A DNA stretch of 64,000 bases. Origin: an uncultured Candidatus Saccharibacteria bacterium (GTDB taxonomy: Bacteria > Patescibacteriota > Minisyncoccia > Phycocordibacterales > UBA918). The DNA lies in contig CAZWYM010000002.1 of NCBI GenBank assembly GCA_964638425.1, positions 2,547 through 66,546 of the forward strand, read 5' to 3'. The notes under the pieces were generated by a model, which saw only the letters and a list, made by a program, of their open reading frames with translations, did not search any database and was not told the origin of the DNA. The position numbers and the translations under genes are program-made. Positions 50,152 to 59,620 of this stretch are shown here, piece after piece. The first letter of the stretch is position 1; the number at the start of each line of letters is the position of its first letter.

Positions 50152-51288
50152 ATGCAAAAAGATATCTTAGAAAAAATTACTATAGAAAAAAAGCCAGGTT
50201 CCCTTGTTGTGATTACGGGTGAATTACCATTTTCAGAGCTCGAGAAACACCGAGAAGCTGCTGTTTCAGCAATTTCAAAGAATGTAGATATTGATGGTTT
50301 CCGAAAAGGTCATGTCCCGGAAATGATGCTTATTCGTAAAGTGGGTGAAATGGCGATTCTTACTGAAATGGCAGAACGAGCACTTTCACATTCATACCCA
50401 GAAATAGTTACCCACCACTCACTCGACATTATTGGATACCCACAAATTGGTATCACAAAACTCGCAAAGGATAACCCACTTGGTTTCACTATTAGTGTCG
50501 CTGTCGTACCTGAAACAACACTTCCTGACTACCAAATGATTGCAAAAGAAACGAACGCTGAAAAGGAATCAAAGGATGTTACCGACGAAGAAGTGACAAA
50601 TCAAATTACAGAAATCTTGCGACAAAAGGCAGCATATGAGCGTCTCCAAGAAAATGCAAAACAAAATGGAGAAACGCCTGTAGAGCATGTTCATTCAGAA
50701 GACTGTGACCATGATCATGAGCACACGCACGATGAGCCTATCGAAGATATCAAAGACCTCCCTCTCCCTGAGCTTACTGATGCATTCGTTGCAACGCTTG
50801 GAACTCCTGGTCAGTTTTCTACTGTTGAAGAATTCAAAAATAAAATCAAGGAACACATTACCCTCGAAAAAGCTCGTGACGTAGACTCACGACACCGCGC
50901 AAAAATAACTGACAGTATCGTAGAAAAAACAGTTGTTGAACTCCCGCAGGTAATGCTCGACGCAGAGATAAATCAAATGCTCGCACAAATGGAAGAAGAC
51001 CTAAAGCGAGCACAGCTCAGCATGGATGATTACCTTGGTCATATTAAGAAAACAAAGGAGGAACTTACAAAAGAATGGCTTCCGAGTGCTGAGAAGCGAG
51101 CAAAGCTCCAACTCGTACTCAACGAAATTGCAAAGAAAGAGCAGATAACTCCTGATGCAAGTATGGTTGACCATGAGGTATCTCACCTTCTTGAACAGTA
51201 TAAGGATGCTGATGAAAAACGGGTACGTGTGTATGTCACATCGGTACTCACCAACGAAGCAGTACTCAAGAAACTTGAAGAAATGTAA
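50152..51288 (+). CDS. tig: trigger factor (short; FKBP domain apparently absent)
   Basis: GFRKGHVP ribosome-binding motif; LPELTD; near clpP. Confidence 0.9.
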   Translation: MQKDILEKITIEKKPGSLVVITGELPFSELEKHREAAVSAISKNVDIDGFRKGHVPEMMLIRKVGEMAILTEMAERALSHSYPEIVTHHSLDIIGYPQIGITKLAKDNPLGFTISVAVVPETTLPDYQMIAKETNAEKESKDVTDEEVTNQITEILRQKAAYERLQENAKQNGETPVEHVHSEDCDHDHEHTHDEPIEDIKDLPLPELTDAFVATLGTPGQFSTVEEFKNKIKEHITLEKARDVDSRHRAKITDSIVEKTVVELPQVMLDAEINQMLAQMEEDLKRAQLSMDDYLGHIKKTKEELTKEWLPSAEKRAKLQLVLNEIAKKEQITPDASMVDHEVSHLLEQYKDADEKRVRVYVTSVLTNEAVLKKLEEM

Positions 51289-51339
51289 TATCAAAAAATC
51301 CGAGGCATATGCCTCGGATTTTTATTATTTCAATCTACC

Positions 51340-51816
51340 TTATAAGGCGATTGAACCAGAAGAGTCTTTTTCAAGAGCCTCATCCTTTGTGGTGGTTACC
51401 TTACAGGTATCCTTTACCGTCTTCTTAAATGCGTCCCATGCCGCTTTTCTATCTTTTTTCAATTCAACATGTGCTGTTTTTTTATCTGCTTTCCATTCTT
51501 TCCATGCGGTAGCTACTCCAGACTTTTGTGCTGTTTTGTCAGTAAGTCCCCACGCTGCCTTCAAAGCAGTTTTTCGCTCGCCGAGTGCTGTGACAATAGC
51601 GGTATTAAAATCACCCCATCCACTAAGGATTGCGGTTTCTCTCGTTTCAATTGCAGTCTGCACACAACTTACATCTACTGATGTACTTGGGGTAGTGCTT
51701 GCGTTCTCGTGACCGTGCCCAGAGTGCGCTAAAGCAAATGAGCTTGAGAGCAATAGCATTGCTGCAAGTACTCCTGTATGTAATGCGACGTGAACTAACT
51801 TGGTTGTATTTGTCAT
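51340..51816 (-). CDS. secreted hypothetical protein
   Basis: Signal peptide (ALA), helical Lys/Ala-rich body, one Cys pair. Confidence 0.75.
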   Translation of the reverse strand: MTNTTKLVHVALHTGVLAAMLLLSSSFALAHSGHGHENASTTPSTSVDVSCVQTAIETRETAILSGWGDFNTAIVTALGERKTALKAAWGLTDKTAQKSGVATAWKEWKADKKTAHVELKKDRKAAWDAFKKTVKDTCKVTTTKDEALEKDSSGSIAL

Positions 51817-51987
51817 GATTCTAAATATTACTAAATAAACACATCAAAAAGGTCGTCCCGTAGGGGACGACCTCCATTACTACTTTTATACCATACTTAC
51901 GTGTGCTTGGTGCTGACCAGTGTGGAAAAACATCACGCGGTGTCGTCACTGGAAACTCTCCCCCGGTTTTGGTACTATCATAAGCAT

Positions 51988-52590
51988 ATGCAATCAAAAG
52001 AATCACAAATAAATAGCTACCTCGTCCCAATGGTTATCGAAAAGACCCAGGCTGGAGAACGTGCTTTCGACATATTTTCTCGACTCCTCAAAGAACGTAT
52101 CATTTTCGTTACTGGAGGTATAGATGACCACATGGCAAATCTTATTGTTGCGCAACTTCTCTTCCTTGAAGCTGAAGACCCAAAAAAGGATATTTTCATG
52201 TATGTTAATTCCCCAGGAGGTTCTGTAAGTGCAGGACTTGGTATTGTCGACACTATGAATCACATCAAGCCTGATGTCGCTACTGTTTGTGTTGGTCTCG
52301 CTGCATCAATGGGTTCTATCATCCTCTCACAGGGAGCGAAAGGAAAGCGAAGTATCCTGCCTAATGCAGAAGTTATGATTCACCAACCATGGGGAGGAAC
52401 ACAGGGCCAAGCGACTGATATTGAAATTACCGCTCGCCATATTCTCCGTACACGAGATACCCTCAACAAAATGCTCGCTAAGGCAGCAGGTAAGCCACTT
52501 GCGCAAATTGAAAAAGACACTGACCGAGATTTCTTCATGACTGCTGAAGAAGCAAAGAAATATGGCTTAGTCGATACTATTCTAAAATAG
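51988..52590 (+). CDS. clpP: ATP-dependent Clp protease proteolytic subunit
   Basis: [30 protein letters not shown]. Confidence 0.98.
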   Translation: MQSKESQINSYLVPMVIEKTQAGERAFDIFSRLLKERIIFVTGGIDDHMANLIVAQLLFLEAEDPKKDIFMYVNSPGGSVSAGLGIVDTMNHIKPDVATVCVGLAASMGSIILSQGAKGKRSILPNAEVMIHQPWGGTQGQATDIEITARHILRTRDTLNKMLAKAAGKPLAQIEKDTDRDFFMTAEEAKKYGLVDTILK

Positions 52591-52716
52591 TATCGACTAA
52601 GAGCCGGAGCGATGTGAACCCTATTAATAATGGGTGAACCAGCGAGGCCGGGGAGAAACCACTTATGAACGAAGTGAATTAGTGAGTTGACCCTGGTCGA
52701 TACCATCCTTAAGTAG
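52586..52716 (+). mobile_element. mini-element (family A) at clpP 3' end with synonymous second end LVDTILK*
   Basis: Antisense 52586-52600, core 52601-52692, CTG GTC GAT ACC ATC CTT AAG TAG 52693-52716. Confidence 0.8.
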
Positions 52717-52859
52717 TCTATGCCTTTTTAAGCTCAAACAACGTCCCTCTTCGGGACGTTGTTTTGTATTCGACACACCCCTATTATTCTGTTACTGTAT
52801 GAAAGTCGACACAGAAATGAAAGACTTCGACATTGTCCACTATAAGTAATCAGAAAAGT

Positions 52860-54383
52860 ATGCCAATCGAAATGATTTTTGCCCTCGTGGCAGGAGTACT
52901 CGGCATCGCTTTAGGATATTATCTCAGATACATACACGCACTCAGTAAGAAAGAATCAATTGAAATCTCAATTAAAGAACGTGTTGTTGAAGCAGAAGAA
53001 AAGGCTATAAAGATAATTGAACGAGCAGAAGCAAAGTCCGAGACGCTCGAAAAAGAGAAAAAACAAGAGTTTAAAGAACTTGAAGAGAAGTTAGGAAAGA
53101 CCGAGGAACGACTTATCCGTAAGGAGGAACTACTCGATAAACGCCAGATTGACGTCGATTCACAAATTGAATCAGTTCGAGAGAAGATTGAGCAAATAAA
53201 AGACATCAAAACACGGCTCGATGAGCGGGAAAAGAGTATTGATGTACAAATCGAAACCGTTGCAGGCCTTTCAAAGGATGATGCATATGAACGACTCGTG
53301 AGTATCGTTGAAAAGGAGCGAGAACTCGATATTCTTGGACGACTCCAAAAACTGCAAGTTCGCGGTGACGAACAATTTGATGAACAAGCAAAAAATATCC
53401 TTACCTCAGCAATTCACCGCATTGGGAACACCCTTCGCGTTGATATCATGAGTTCAACCATTGAGCTCCCGAGTGATGAGATGAAAGGAAAAATTATTGG
53501 AAAGGAAGGAAGAAATGTCCGTGCATTTGAGCGCGCAACGGGAGTAGATGTACTCATTGATGATACTCCTGGGCACATTACCCTCTCATCATTTGACCCT
53601 GTTCGTCGAGAAATAGCTCGAGTTGCTCTCGAAACACTTCTCAGTGACGGGCGTATCCAGCCTGCGAAAATTGAAGAAGTTGTCGAAAAAGCACGAGCAG
53701 AGGTGGGCACCATCGTAAAGAAGATGGGAGAAAAGGCTGCGTATGAAGCAGGTGTTGCAAATCTACATCCAGATCTCGTGAAGATTCTTGGACGACTCCA
53801 CTTCCGCACAAGTTACGGACAGAATGTTCTCTGGCACTCTGTAGAAATGGCACACATTGCTGCCATCATTGCAGAAGAAATTGGTGCAGACGTTGCTGTC
53901 GCTCGCGCTGGCGCTCTCCTTCATGACATTGGTAAGACAGTGAGTCAGGAAGTACAGGGTACTCACGTAGAAATTGGTATCCGCATCCTCGAGAAATACG
54001 ATGTTGATGAAAAAGTCATCATCGCAATGCGTGCACACCACGAGGAATATCCATATGACACCCCTGAGTCAATCATCGTACAAGTAGCTGACGCTATTTC
54101 AGGAGGTCGCCCAGGTGCACGTCGTGATTCAATCGAGAATTACATTAAACGACTTAAAGAGCTTGAAGATCTTGCTCTCTCAATACCTGGTGTTGAGAAG
54201 GCGTTTGCCATCCAAGCAGGACGTGAGGTACGTGTCATCGTCAATCCAGAAAAGATAACCGACTTAGAAGCGCTCAATTTGGCGCGAAGTCTCGCAACCG
54301 ATATTGAGGAAAAGCTTAGATATCCTGGAGAAATTAAGGTGAATGTTATACGGGAATCTCGTGCTATAGAGTACGCCCGGTAA
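52860..54383 (+). CDS. rny: ribonuclease Y
   Basis: N-terminal transmembrane helix, KGKIIGKEGRN KH motif, LLHDIGK HD motif, RPGAR. Confidence 0.97.
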   Translation: MPIEMIFALVAGVLGIALGYYLRYIHALSKKESIEISIKERVVEAEEKAIKIIERAEAKSETLEKEKKQEFKELEEKLGKTEERLIRKEELLDKRQIDVDSQIESVREKIEQIKDIKTRLDEREKSIDVQIETVAGLSKDDAYERLVSIVEKERELDILGRLQKLQVRGDEQFDEQAKNILTSAIHRIGNTLRVDIMSSTIELPSDEMKGKIIGKEGRNVRAFERATGVDVLIDDTPGHITLSSFDPVRREIARVALETLLSDGRIQPAKIEEVVEKARAEVGTIVKKMGEKAAYEAGVANLHPDLVKILGRLHFRTSYGQNVLWHSVEMAHIAAIIAEEIGADVAVARAGALLHDIGKTVSQEVQGTHVEIGIRILEKYDVDEKVIIAMRAHHEEYPYDTPESIIVQVADAISGGRPGARRDSIENYIKRLKELEDLALSIPGVEKAFAIQAGREVRVIVNPEKITDLEALNLARSLATDIEEKLRYPGEIKVNVIRESRAIEYAR

Positions 54384-54440
54384 GCCACCTAGCTTAAGAA
54401 TAAAGCGCTATTACTATAGGTAATAGCGCTTTATTCTTTA

Positions 54441-54532
54441 TTCCTTACAGGAACCCTCCACTCATTGGATTTTATTCATTCTTCATAAAATCTCAATGAG
54501 TCTTGCGAAAGTGTCCCGCACTTTCTCACCTC
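54441..54532 (-). repeat. family B structured repeat (divergent)
   Basis: ttcc-TTACA-ggaa ... gtcttgcgaa...ttctcacctc, shared with 34112-34187. Confidence 0.65.
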
Positions 54533-54806
54533 GTATCTGAGCCCCTTTTGTGTTTACCTTAGAAATTTTTGCAGAGAAACTTCCATGCAAAGGGCGAGTG
54601 GAAAAAATTACAACACACATAATTACACTCCGGTAGTATATTGCACAACTGAAACCGTACTATATAATTGTTTGTAGCCACATTTTGGCATCACGTGCAT
54701 TGCACAAGTAGGACTTACGCATTTGGACGCAGTTCCAAAAAAGAAATGCCCCAAACGCGCAAGTCCTAAAATCATTAATCGCCATTAGTACATCATTTCA
54801 TATACT

Positions 54807-55079
54807 ATGAACAAGGCAGACATAATTGATAAAGTACACGAGGTTGTAGGAGGAACTCGAGCAGATGCAGAACGAGCAGTTGAAACAGCGATCGATTGTA
54901 TCGTTGATTCTTTGAAGAAAGGAAAGGAAGTATCAATCGCAGGATTGGGTATTTTCTCTTCAAAGACTCGAAACGCTCGAACAGGACGTAACCCACGTAC
55001 TGGTGAATCAATCGATATCCCAGCTATGCGAGTTCCAAAGTTCCGTGCAGCAAAGGCACTTAAGGATGCAGTAAAATAA
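54807..55079 (+). CDS. hup: DNA-binding protein HU
   Basis: MNKADII...GLGIF...RTGRNPRTGE...PKFRA. Confidence 0.96.
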   Translation: MNKADIIDKVHEVVGGTRADAERAVETAIDCIVDSLKKGKEVSIAGLGIFSSKTRNARTGRNPRTGESIDIPAMRVPKFRAAKALKDAVK

Positions 55080-55090
55080 ATCTCTCCTTT

Positions 55091-55130
55091 ATAAAAAATC
55101 CCGCAAGCAAATGCTTGCGGGATTTTTTAT
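55091..55130 (+). terminator. hup terminator
   Basis: aaaaaatcccgcaagca-aa-tgcttgcgggatttttt. Confidence 0.8.
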
Positions 55131-55294
55131 ATCCACATCTACTCCACATATTTCAATTTTTATAACTAGTGATACAATAATGGAGTAGCGGAGGTATTAA
55201 CTTGGTTTCATGTACACCAAGTCAACGTTACATACAAAGAGGTATAGAATGTTTAGTTCTATGTCTCACCACAACAAAAGCCCCACGCGAGGGG

Positions 55295-55552
55295 CTTTTG
55301 TGTTGTATAAAATTAGAAATTTTATACAACACAAAAGAAACGAGCGATGTGAGGGACTATTCATAATGTCCCGAACCAGCGAGTTCGGGTAGGTAAATCT
55401 TATGAGCGAAGCGAATTAGATTTGGACGCTTTGTGTTTTAGAGTGATTCAATATCACTCTAAAACACAAAAGCCGACCTTGTCAGATGTTTTTCCGCAAA
55501 GCAGGAAAAAGATCAACAAGGTGTACCGTCCCTGTAAGGGAATTTTGTGTTG
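55295..55552 (+). mobile_element. stacked A and B mini-elements in a terminator tail
   Basis: TTTGTGTT repeated at about 55297, 55430 and 55544; antisense copies 55319-55337 and 55454-55472 each precede a core. Confidence 0.7.
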
Positions 55553-55616
55553 GGGGCTTGCGCAGGTAGACTCCCCTTGATACGCTCAACTAAGGTATAC
55601 ACTACGAGGAGTTCTT

Positions 55617-55832
55617 ATGGAAAACGCATGTGAAAATCCAGCACAATCTATTATTGATTGGATCAAAAGTCCTGAAGGAGAAAAACGATTTAAGGAAGCA
55701 ATGGCGGAAGTAAAGAAAGTGAGCACGGAGCTCAATGAAGCAAGGATGCTCACGCCAGAGCTACTCAACGCACCTATGGGTCCTCCAGGTGGCAGTTGGT
55801 CAAACTATTGGGCGGTCAGAAGAACCGCCTAG
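55617..55832 (+). CDS. small hypothetical protein
   Basis: 71 aa ORF with GAGGAG SD and downstream hairpin. Confidence 0.6.
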   Translation: MENACENPAQSIIDWIKSPEGEKRFKEAMAEVKKVSTELNEARMLTPELLNAPMGPPGGSWSNYWAVRRTA

Positions 55833-55877
55833 CACTTACAATCCCCTATCAAGAATTACTTGATAGGGGATTTTTTA

Positions 55878-56189
55878 AATCGAAACTTACAGTTTCAGTA
55901 CACCTTGCGGGTACTTTGCTACATTACATTCGCAAAGATACCACGCAAGGTCTTCGATTCCTCAAGTACGATGCCCCGCGGAATCGTCCCGCTTTTTGAC
56001 CAATTTTAATTATGACTGAAAGGAATTAGAAAAATGGAAATACTCTTGTGGTGCTAATTCACTACGTTCATAAGAACGCTGGACGCGACTCGCAGGCCCA
56101 GAGGGTCCCCTGCTCCGTCGTTCGATTCCTCTTGCTCGCTACAAATACGCAACAACGCCGACACTTTCGTGTCGGCGTTGGCGTTTTTG
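55878..56189 (-). mobile_element. stacked A-like and B mini-elements at tRNA-Gly(TCC) 3' end
   Basis: Antisense tRNA ends at 56120-56139 and 55953-55963; direct T-loop fragments at 55980-55986 and 55878-55884. Confidence 0.65.
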
Positions 56190-56260
56190 TGCGAGCAAGA
56201 GGAATCGAACCCCCATCCACTGCTTGGAAGGCAGTTGTTTTACCACTAAACTATGCTCGC
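56190..56260 (-). tRNA. tRNA-Gly (TCC)
   Basis: GCGAGCA/TGCTCGC acceptor stem, CTTCCAA anticodon loop, GTTCGATTC T loop. Confidence 0.95.
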
Positions 56261-56345
56261 GGTATTGATAAGTCCCGTACTTATCCCGGATGATTCTATC
56301 ATAAACCGTTCCTCAATTAAAGCCCATGTTACAATCAGAGTCGAT

Positions 56346-57497
56346 ATGGGAATTTTTGACATTTTTACCAACTTTTTAACGAGTGTATTCATTGGGTATC
56401 TCGCATTTACCAATACCCTCGCGGAGAAAATCGAATCGTACCTTCCAGAACAAGATGCGGTAGAAATTGCAACTGCTCCCGAAGTCCCTCCGGCTGAACA
56501 AACGCTCTCAAAGCTCACTGAGCTCTCTAAAACCCTTGCACACGGCGTCCCCCGCATACTCCTTGAGCATGCTGAGTACCAACGCGCAGCAATTTATGCG
56601 AGTACCCGTGATGATGAGCCTGTCGATCTTTCAGGAAAATCACTCGACGCTATCGTTCGTGACGCCCTCGTAAATATTTACTGCCAATACAAAACAGATA
56701 GATACATCCGGACAACAACCGGTACTGGATTCTTTATAAATCAGAAAGGGGTCATCATTACCAATGCACACGTTGCTCAATTCCTACTCCTAAAAGACGC
56801 AAAGAGTTCTGTTAATGATGTTGAGTGTGTTATTCGTTCAGGCGAACCTGCAGAAGCAAAATATAATGCTGAGTTACTCTACATATCTCCAACATGGATT
56901 TTTGAGAACGCAGACCTTATCACCGACGAATCTCCACGAGGTACCGGAGAACGAGACTACGCACTACTCTATGTCTCAAAGACTCTCGATGGGTCACCTC
57001 TTCCTGCACACTTCCCCGTCATTCCTGTTGCAGTAGACCTTCTTTCACGAGAGAGCGCGGGCGCAAAAGTCCTTACTGCTGGATACCCTGCTGAGGCACT
57101 CATGCGAAACGGGGCTGATGCAAAACTTAATCCCGTTCTCGCTGCAACTACTGTAGGAACACTCTATACCTTCGGGAGTAACTACGCTGATATCTTTTCA
57201 ATCTCTGAATCACCGGTCGGCGAGCAAGGGGCTTCTGGTGGACCTATCGTGGCTGAGAAAGATTCTACTGCTATTGGCCTTATCGTAACAAAGGGTGACG
57301 AGGAGACCGAAGGAGCGCACAGCCTCAGAGCTCTCACCCTTTCATATATCAATAGAACAATGACTGAAGAGACAGGATTCTCACTCATACAAAATATGCA
57401 AGGCGATATTGCCTACCGTGCTGGTATCTTTAAAGAGGCAATGGTTCCCTTTCTCGCTCAAATCCTCGCAGACGAACTAAGTACAGGAAACGATTAA
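56346..57497 (+). CDS. trypsin-like serine protease
   Basis: GTGFF...ITNAHV, DYALL, QGASGGP. Confidence 0.88.
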   Translation: MGIFDIFTNFLTSVFIGYLAFTNTLAEKIESYLPEQDAVEIATAPEVPPAEQTLSKLTELSKTLAHGVPRILLEHAEYQRAAIYASTRDDEPVDLSGKSLDAIVRDALVNIYCQYKTDRYIRTTTGTGFFINQKGVIITNAHVAQFLLLKDAKSSVNDVECVIRSGEPAEAKYNAELLYISPTWIFENADLITDESPRGTGERDYALLYVSKTLDGSPLPAHFPVIPVAVDLLSRESAGAKVLTAGYPAEALMRNGADAKLNPVLAATTVGTLYTFGSNYADIFSISESPVGEQGASGGPIVAEKDSTAIGLIVTKGDEETEGAHSLRALTLSYINRTMTEETGFSLIQNMQGDIAYRAGIFKEAMVPFLAQILADELSTGND

Positions 57498-57544
57498 AAA
57501 AACCGCACGCAGAGCGTGCGGTTTTTTTAATCGTTGGTCATATA

Positions 57545-58906
57545 TTATCCTTCAAATATTGGAGTTGCTACTGGGGCTTCCGAAACTTCCTCTGTACTCG
57601 TTGCGGACTCTTCGGGTTGCGCTTGCTCTTCGGTTGGATTCTCTTCAGTATTTTCAGACTCACTCTTAACACGAATGTGTTGCGTCATTGCTTCAATATC
57701 AGTTGCAAGAGCACGTGCTTCTATAAGGTATGATTCTGCTTCTTCCACACGAGGTACTGAGAGCGTCGTTGATGCGTTTGTAAGGAGACCATCGATCTGG
57801 AGAAGCCCTTCTGCAACCTTGTCATGAAGTCCATCATCTCCTTCCATTGCCTCAATTCTGAGACCTACCTCAGTCGCAATATTTCCTATTTCACTGTATT
57901 CCTTTTGAGCGAGTACTACTCGTTCCTCTGTACTGAGTATGACAGGTACTAGGGTTTCTAGTGTTACTGATTCTCGAATATCAATATCCGTCATAAATAC
58001 AATAAGTTTTTGGATGAGACCAAGCGTTGTTGTTAAGTCAGTAACGGCTGCCTCAGCTTCACCTTCATGCTTCCCTTTTGCTTCAAGGATGAGTCGATCA
58101 ATATCACTCAATCTTCGCTCAATATCATGAATTTCCTCACTGCTTGCAGAAAGTTTAATAGTTTCAAACAATTCATACACTCGTGTTGTCTCTAGCTCAA
58201 CCTTAGCAACAAGTCCATCAAAGGACGGCGCACTAGTCTCTTGGTTCGAAACAACCTCCTCTCGAGCCTCATTCACCACAGTTAGGAGTCCTTCGATGAG
58301 AGAAGCGTTCTCAGTACTTTCTTCTCCACCAAGCACCGCTGATTGCACCTCGAGTGACGAATTGAATGCAATCTCAGCGATTGCAGCTCCATCAGCATCC
58401 TGCGCACGAAGTTCACTGAGTCCGTGTTGCACAGCTTGCGTATGTTCCTTCACTGTCGCTGCAAGTTGTGTTTTTACCTCTTCGGTAAGCTTCCCTTCAC
58501 TTGAAAGTACTCGAGCCTCTGCAATACGACGTTCCATTAATTTTGTATCAAATTCAATCTTCTCATATGGAGTTGACGCAAGTTTTTCTTGGATAGCTTC
58601 ATTAAAGCCAGTCTTCACAAGATAGAGTGGGTCACCTGGAACAGACTTTTCAGCGATAAATGGAGCAATAATTAAAATAGCAACAAGAAGTCCTCCTGCA
58701 ATACGCGCATGAAATGCATTAAAATGAACCGCAATAAAAGATTCTGAAGGGATACTTTCGCGAAGGTCAGCTTGCGTCAAAATTTGCTTTGGAAGTGGAT
58801 GATACTCCATGTACGACAAAACACGTTCACGAAGCTCGCGTCGTTCAGAAACTTTCAGGTTTATTTTTTCTGCGTATTTTTTTAAATCAGTATCAAAAGA
58901 TTTCAT
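57545..58906 (-). CDS. DUF5667-like membrane protein, probable anti-sigma factor
   Basis: One transmembrane helix then SVPGDPLYLVK; overlaps the ECF sigma stop (ATGA). Confidence 0.7.
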   Translation of the reverse strand: MKSFDTDLKKYAEKINLKVSERRELRERVLSYMEYHPLPKQILTQADLRESIPSESFIAVHFNAFHARIAGGLLVAILIIAPFIAEKSVPGDPLYLVKTGFNEAIQEKLASTPYEKIEFDTKLMERRIAEARVLSSEGKLTEEVKTQLAATVKEHTQAVQHGLSELRAQDADGAAIAEIAFNSSLEVQSAVLGGEESTENASLIEGLLTVVNEAREEVVSNQETSAPSFDGLVAKVELETTRVYELFETIKLSASSEEIHDIERRLSDIDRLILEAKGKHEGEAEAAVTDLTTTLGLIQKLIVFMTDIDIRESVTLETLVPVILSTEERVVLAQKEYSEIGNIATEVGLRIEAMEGDDGLHDKVAEGLLQIDGLLTNASTTLSVPRVEEAESYLIEARALATDIEAMTQHIRVKSESENTEENPTEEQAQPEESATSTEEVSEAPVATPIFEG

Positions 58907-59511
58907 ATATTTGAATTCAACCGCCTGTTCTCTGCTTCATCCTCTGCCTTCTGAATTGTTTCCTTAAGGATTTTCAGTCCGCGATGGATGCGTACCGAGA
59001 CAACGTTCTCGGACTCCTCGATGAGTCCGCTTATCTCCTTTGGTCCCAATCCATCTACAAATCTGAGGATGAGGACTTCTCGGTAGACGAGAGGTAGCTC
59101 TTTCATAAGTTCGCTTGCCTTTTCTGCATCGAGTGCAAAGGTAAGCTCCTCAATACCGCCTCCATGAAGCTCGGGAAATGATCCTTCATCAGTCCCCTCT
59201 TCTGCAAGCAACGTGTCGAGAGAAAACTCCTTTCTCCTGCGGTACTCGTCAATAACAAGGTTGTTCATGACCTTGTAGAGAAATGGTTTGTACGAATCAA
59301 TCTCATGTCCTGCTCGTAGATAACTCCACGCCTTCGTAAAGGTGTCATGCACAATCTCTACTGCCCGTTCTCGGTCAGAGAGTCTGTATATTGCATGACG
59401 AAACAATGCATTAGAATATTCGTCAAATGCTTTCAAAAAACGCTCCTCGTGGCCTTCCACGATAGAGGCATTACCTGCTTTCCTTTTTGCCTTTTTTGGA
59501 TCTGTGGCCAT
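58903..59511 (-). CDS. ECF RNA polymerase sigma factor
   Basis: VHDTFTKAW...FLYKVMNNLVIDEYR; LPLVYREVLILR...EIS...VSVRIHRG. Confidence 0.92.
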   Translation of the reverse strand: MATDPKKAKRKAGNASIVEGHEERFLKAFDEYSNALFRHAIYRLSDRERAVEIVHDTFTKAWSYLRAGHEIDSYKPFLYKVMNNLVIDEYRRRKEFSLDTLLAEEGTDEGSFPELHGGGIEELTFALDAEKASELMKELPLVYREVLILRFVDGLGPKEISGLIEESENVVSVRIHRGLKILKETIQKAEDEAENRRLNSNI

Positions 59512-59620
59512 GTGGAAACCATTATAAGCGATGACGGTCAAAAAACCCACTTCTTTCATGAATTAACATGTACATACCCCTAAATATATAAAGGGTACGG
59601 TTTTAAGCCGTATTTTATCT

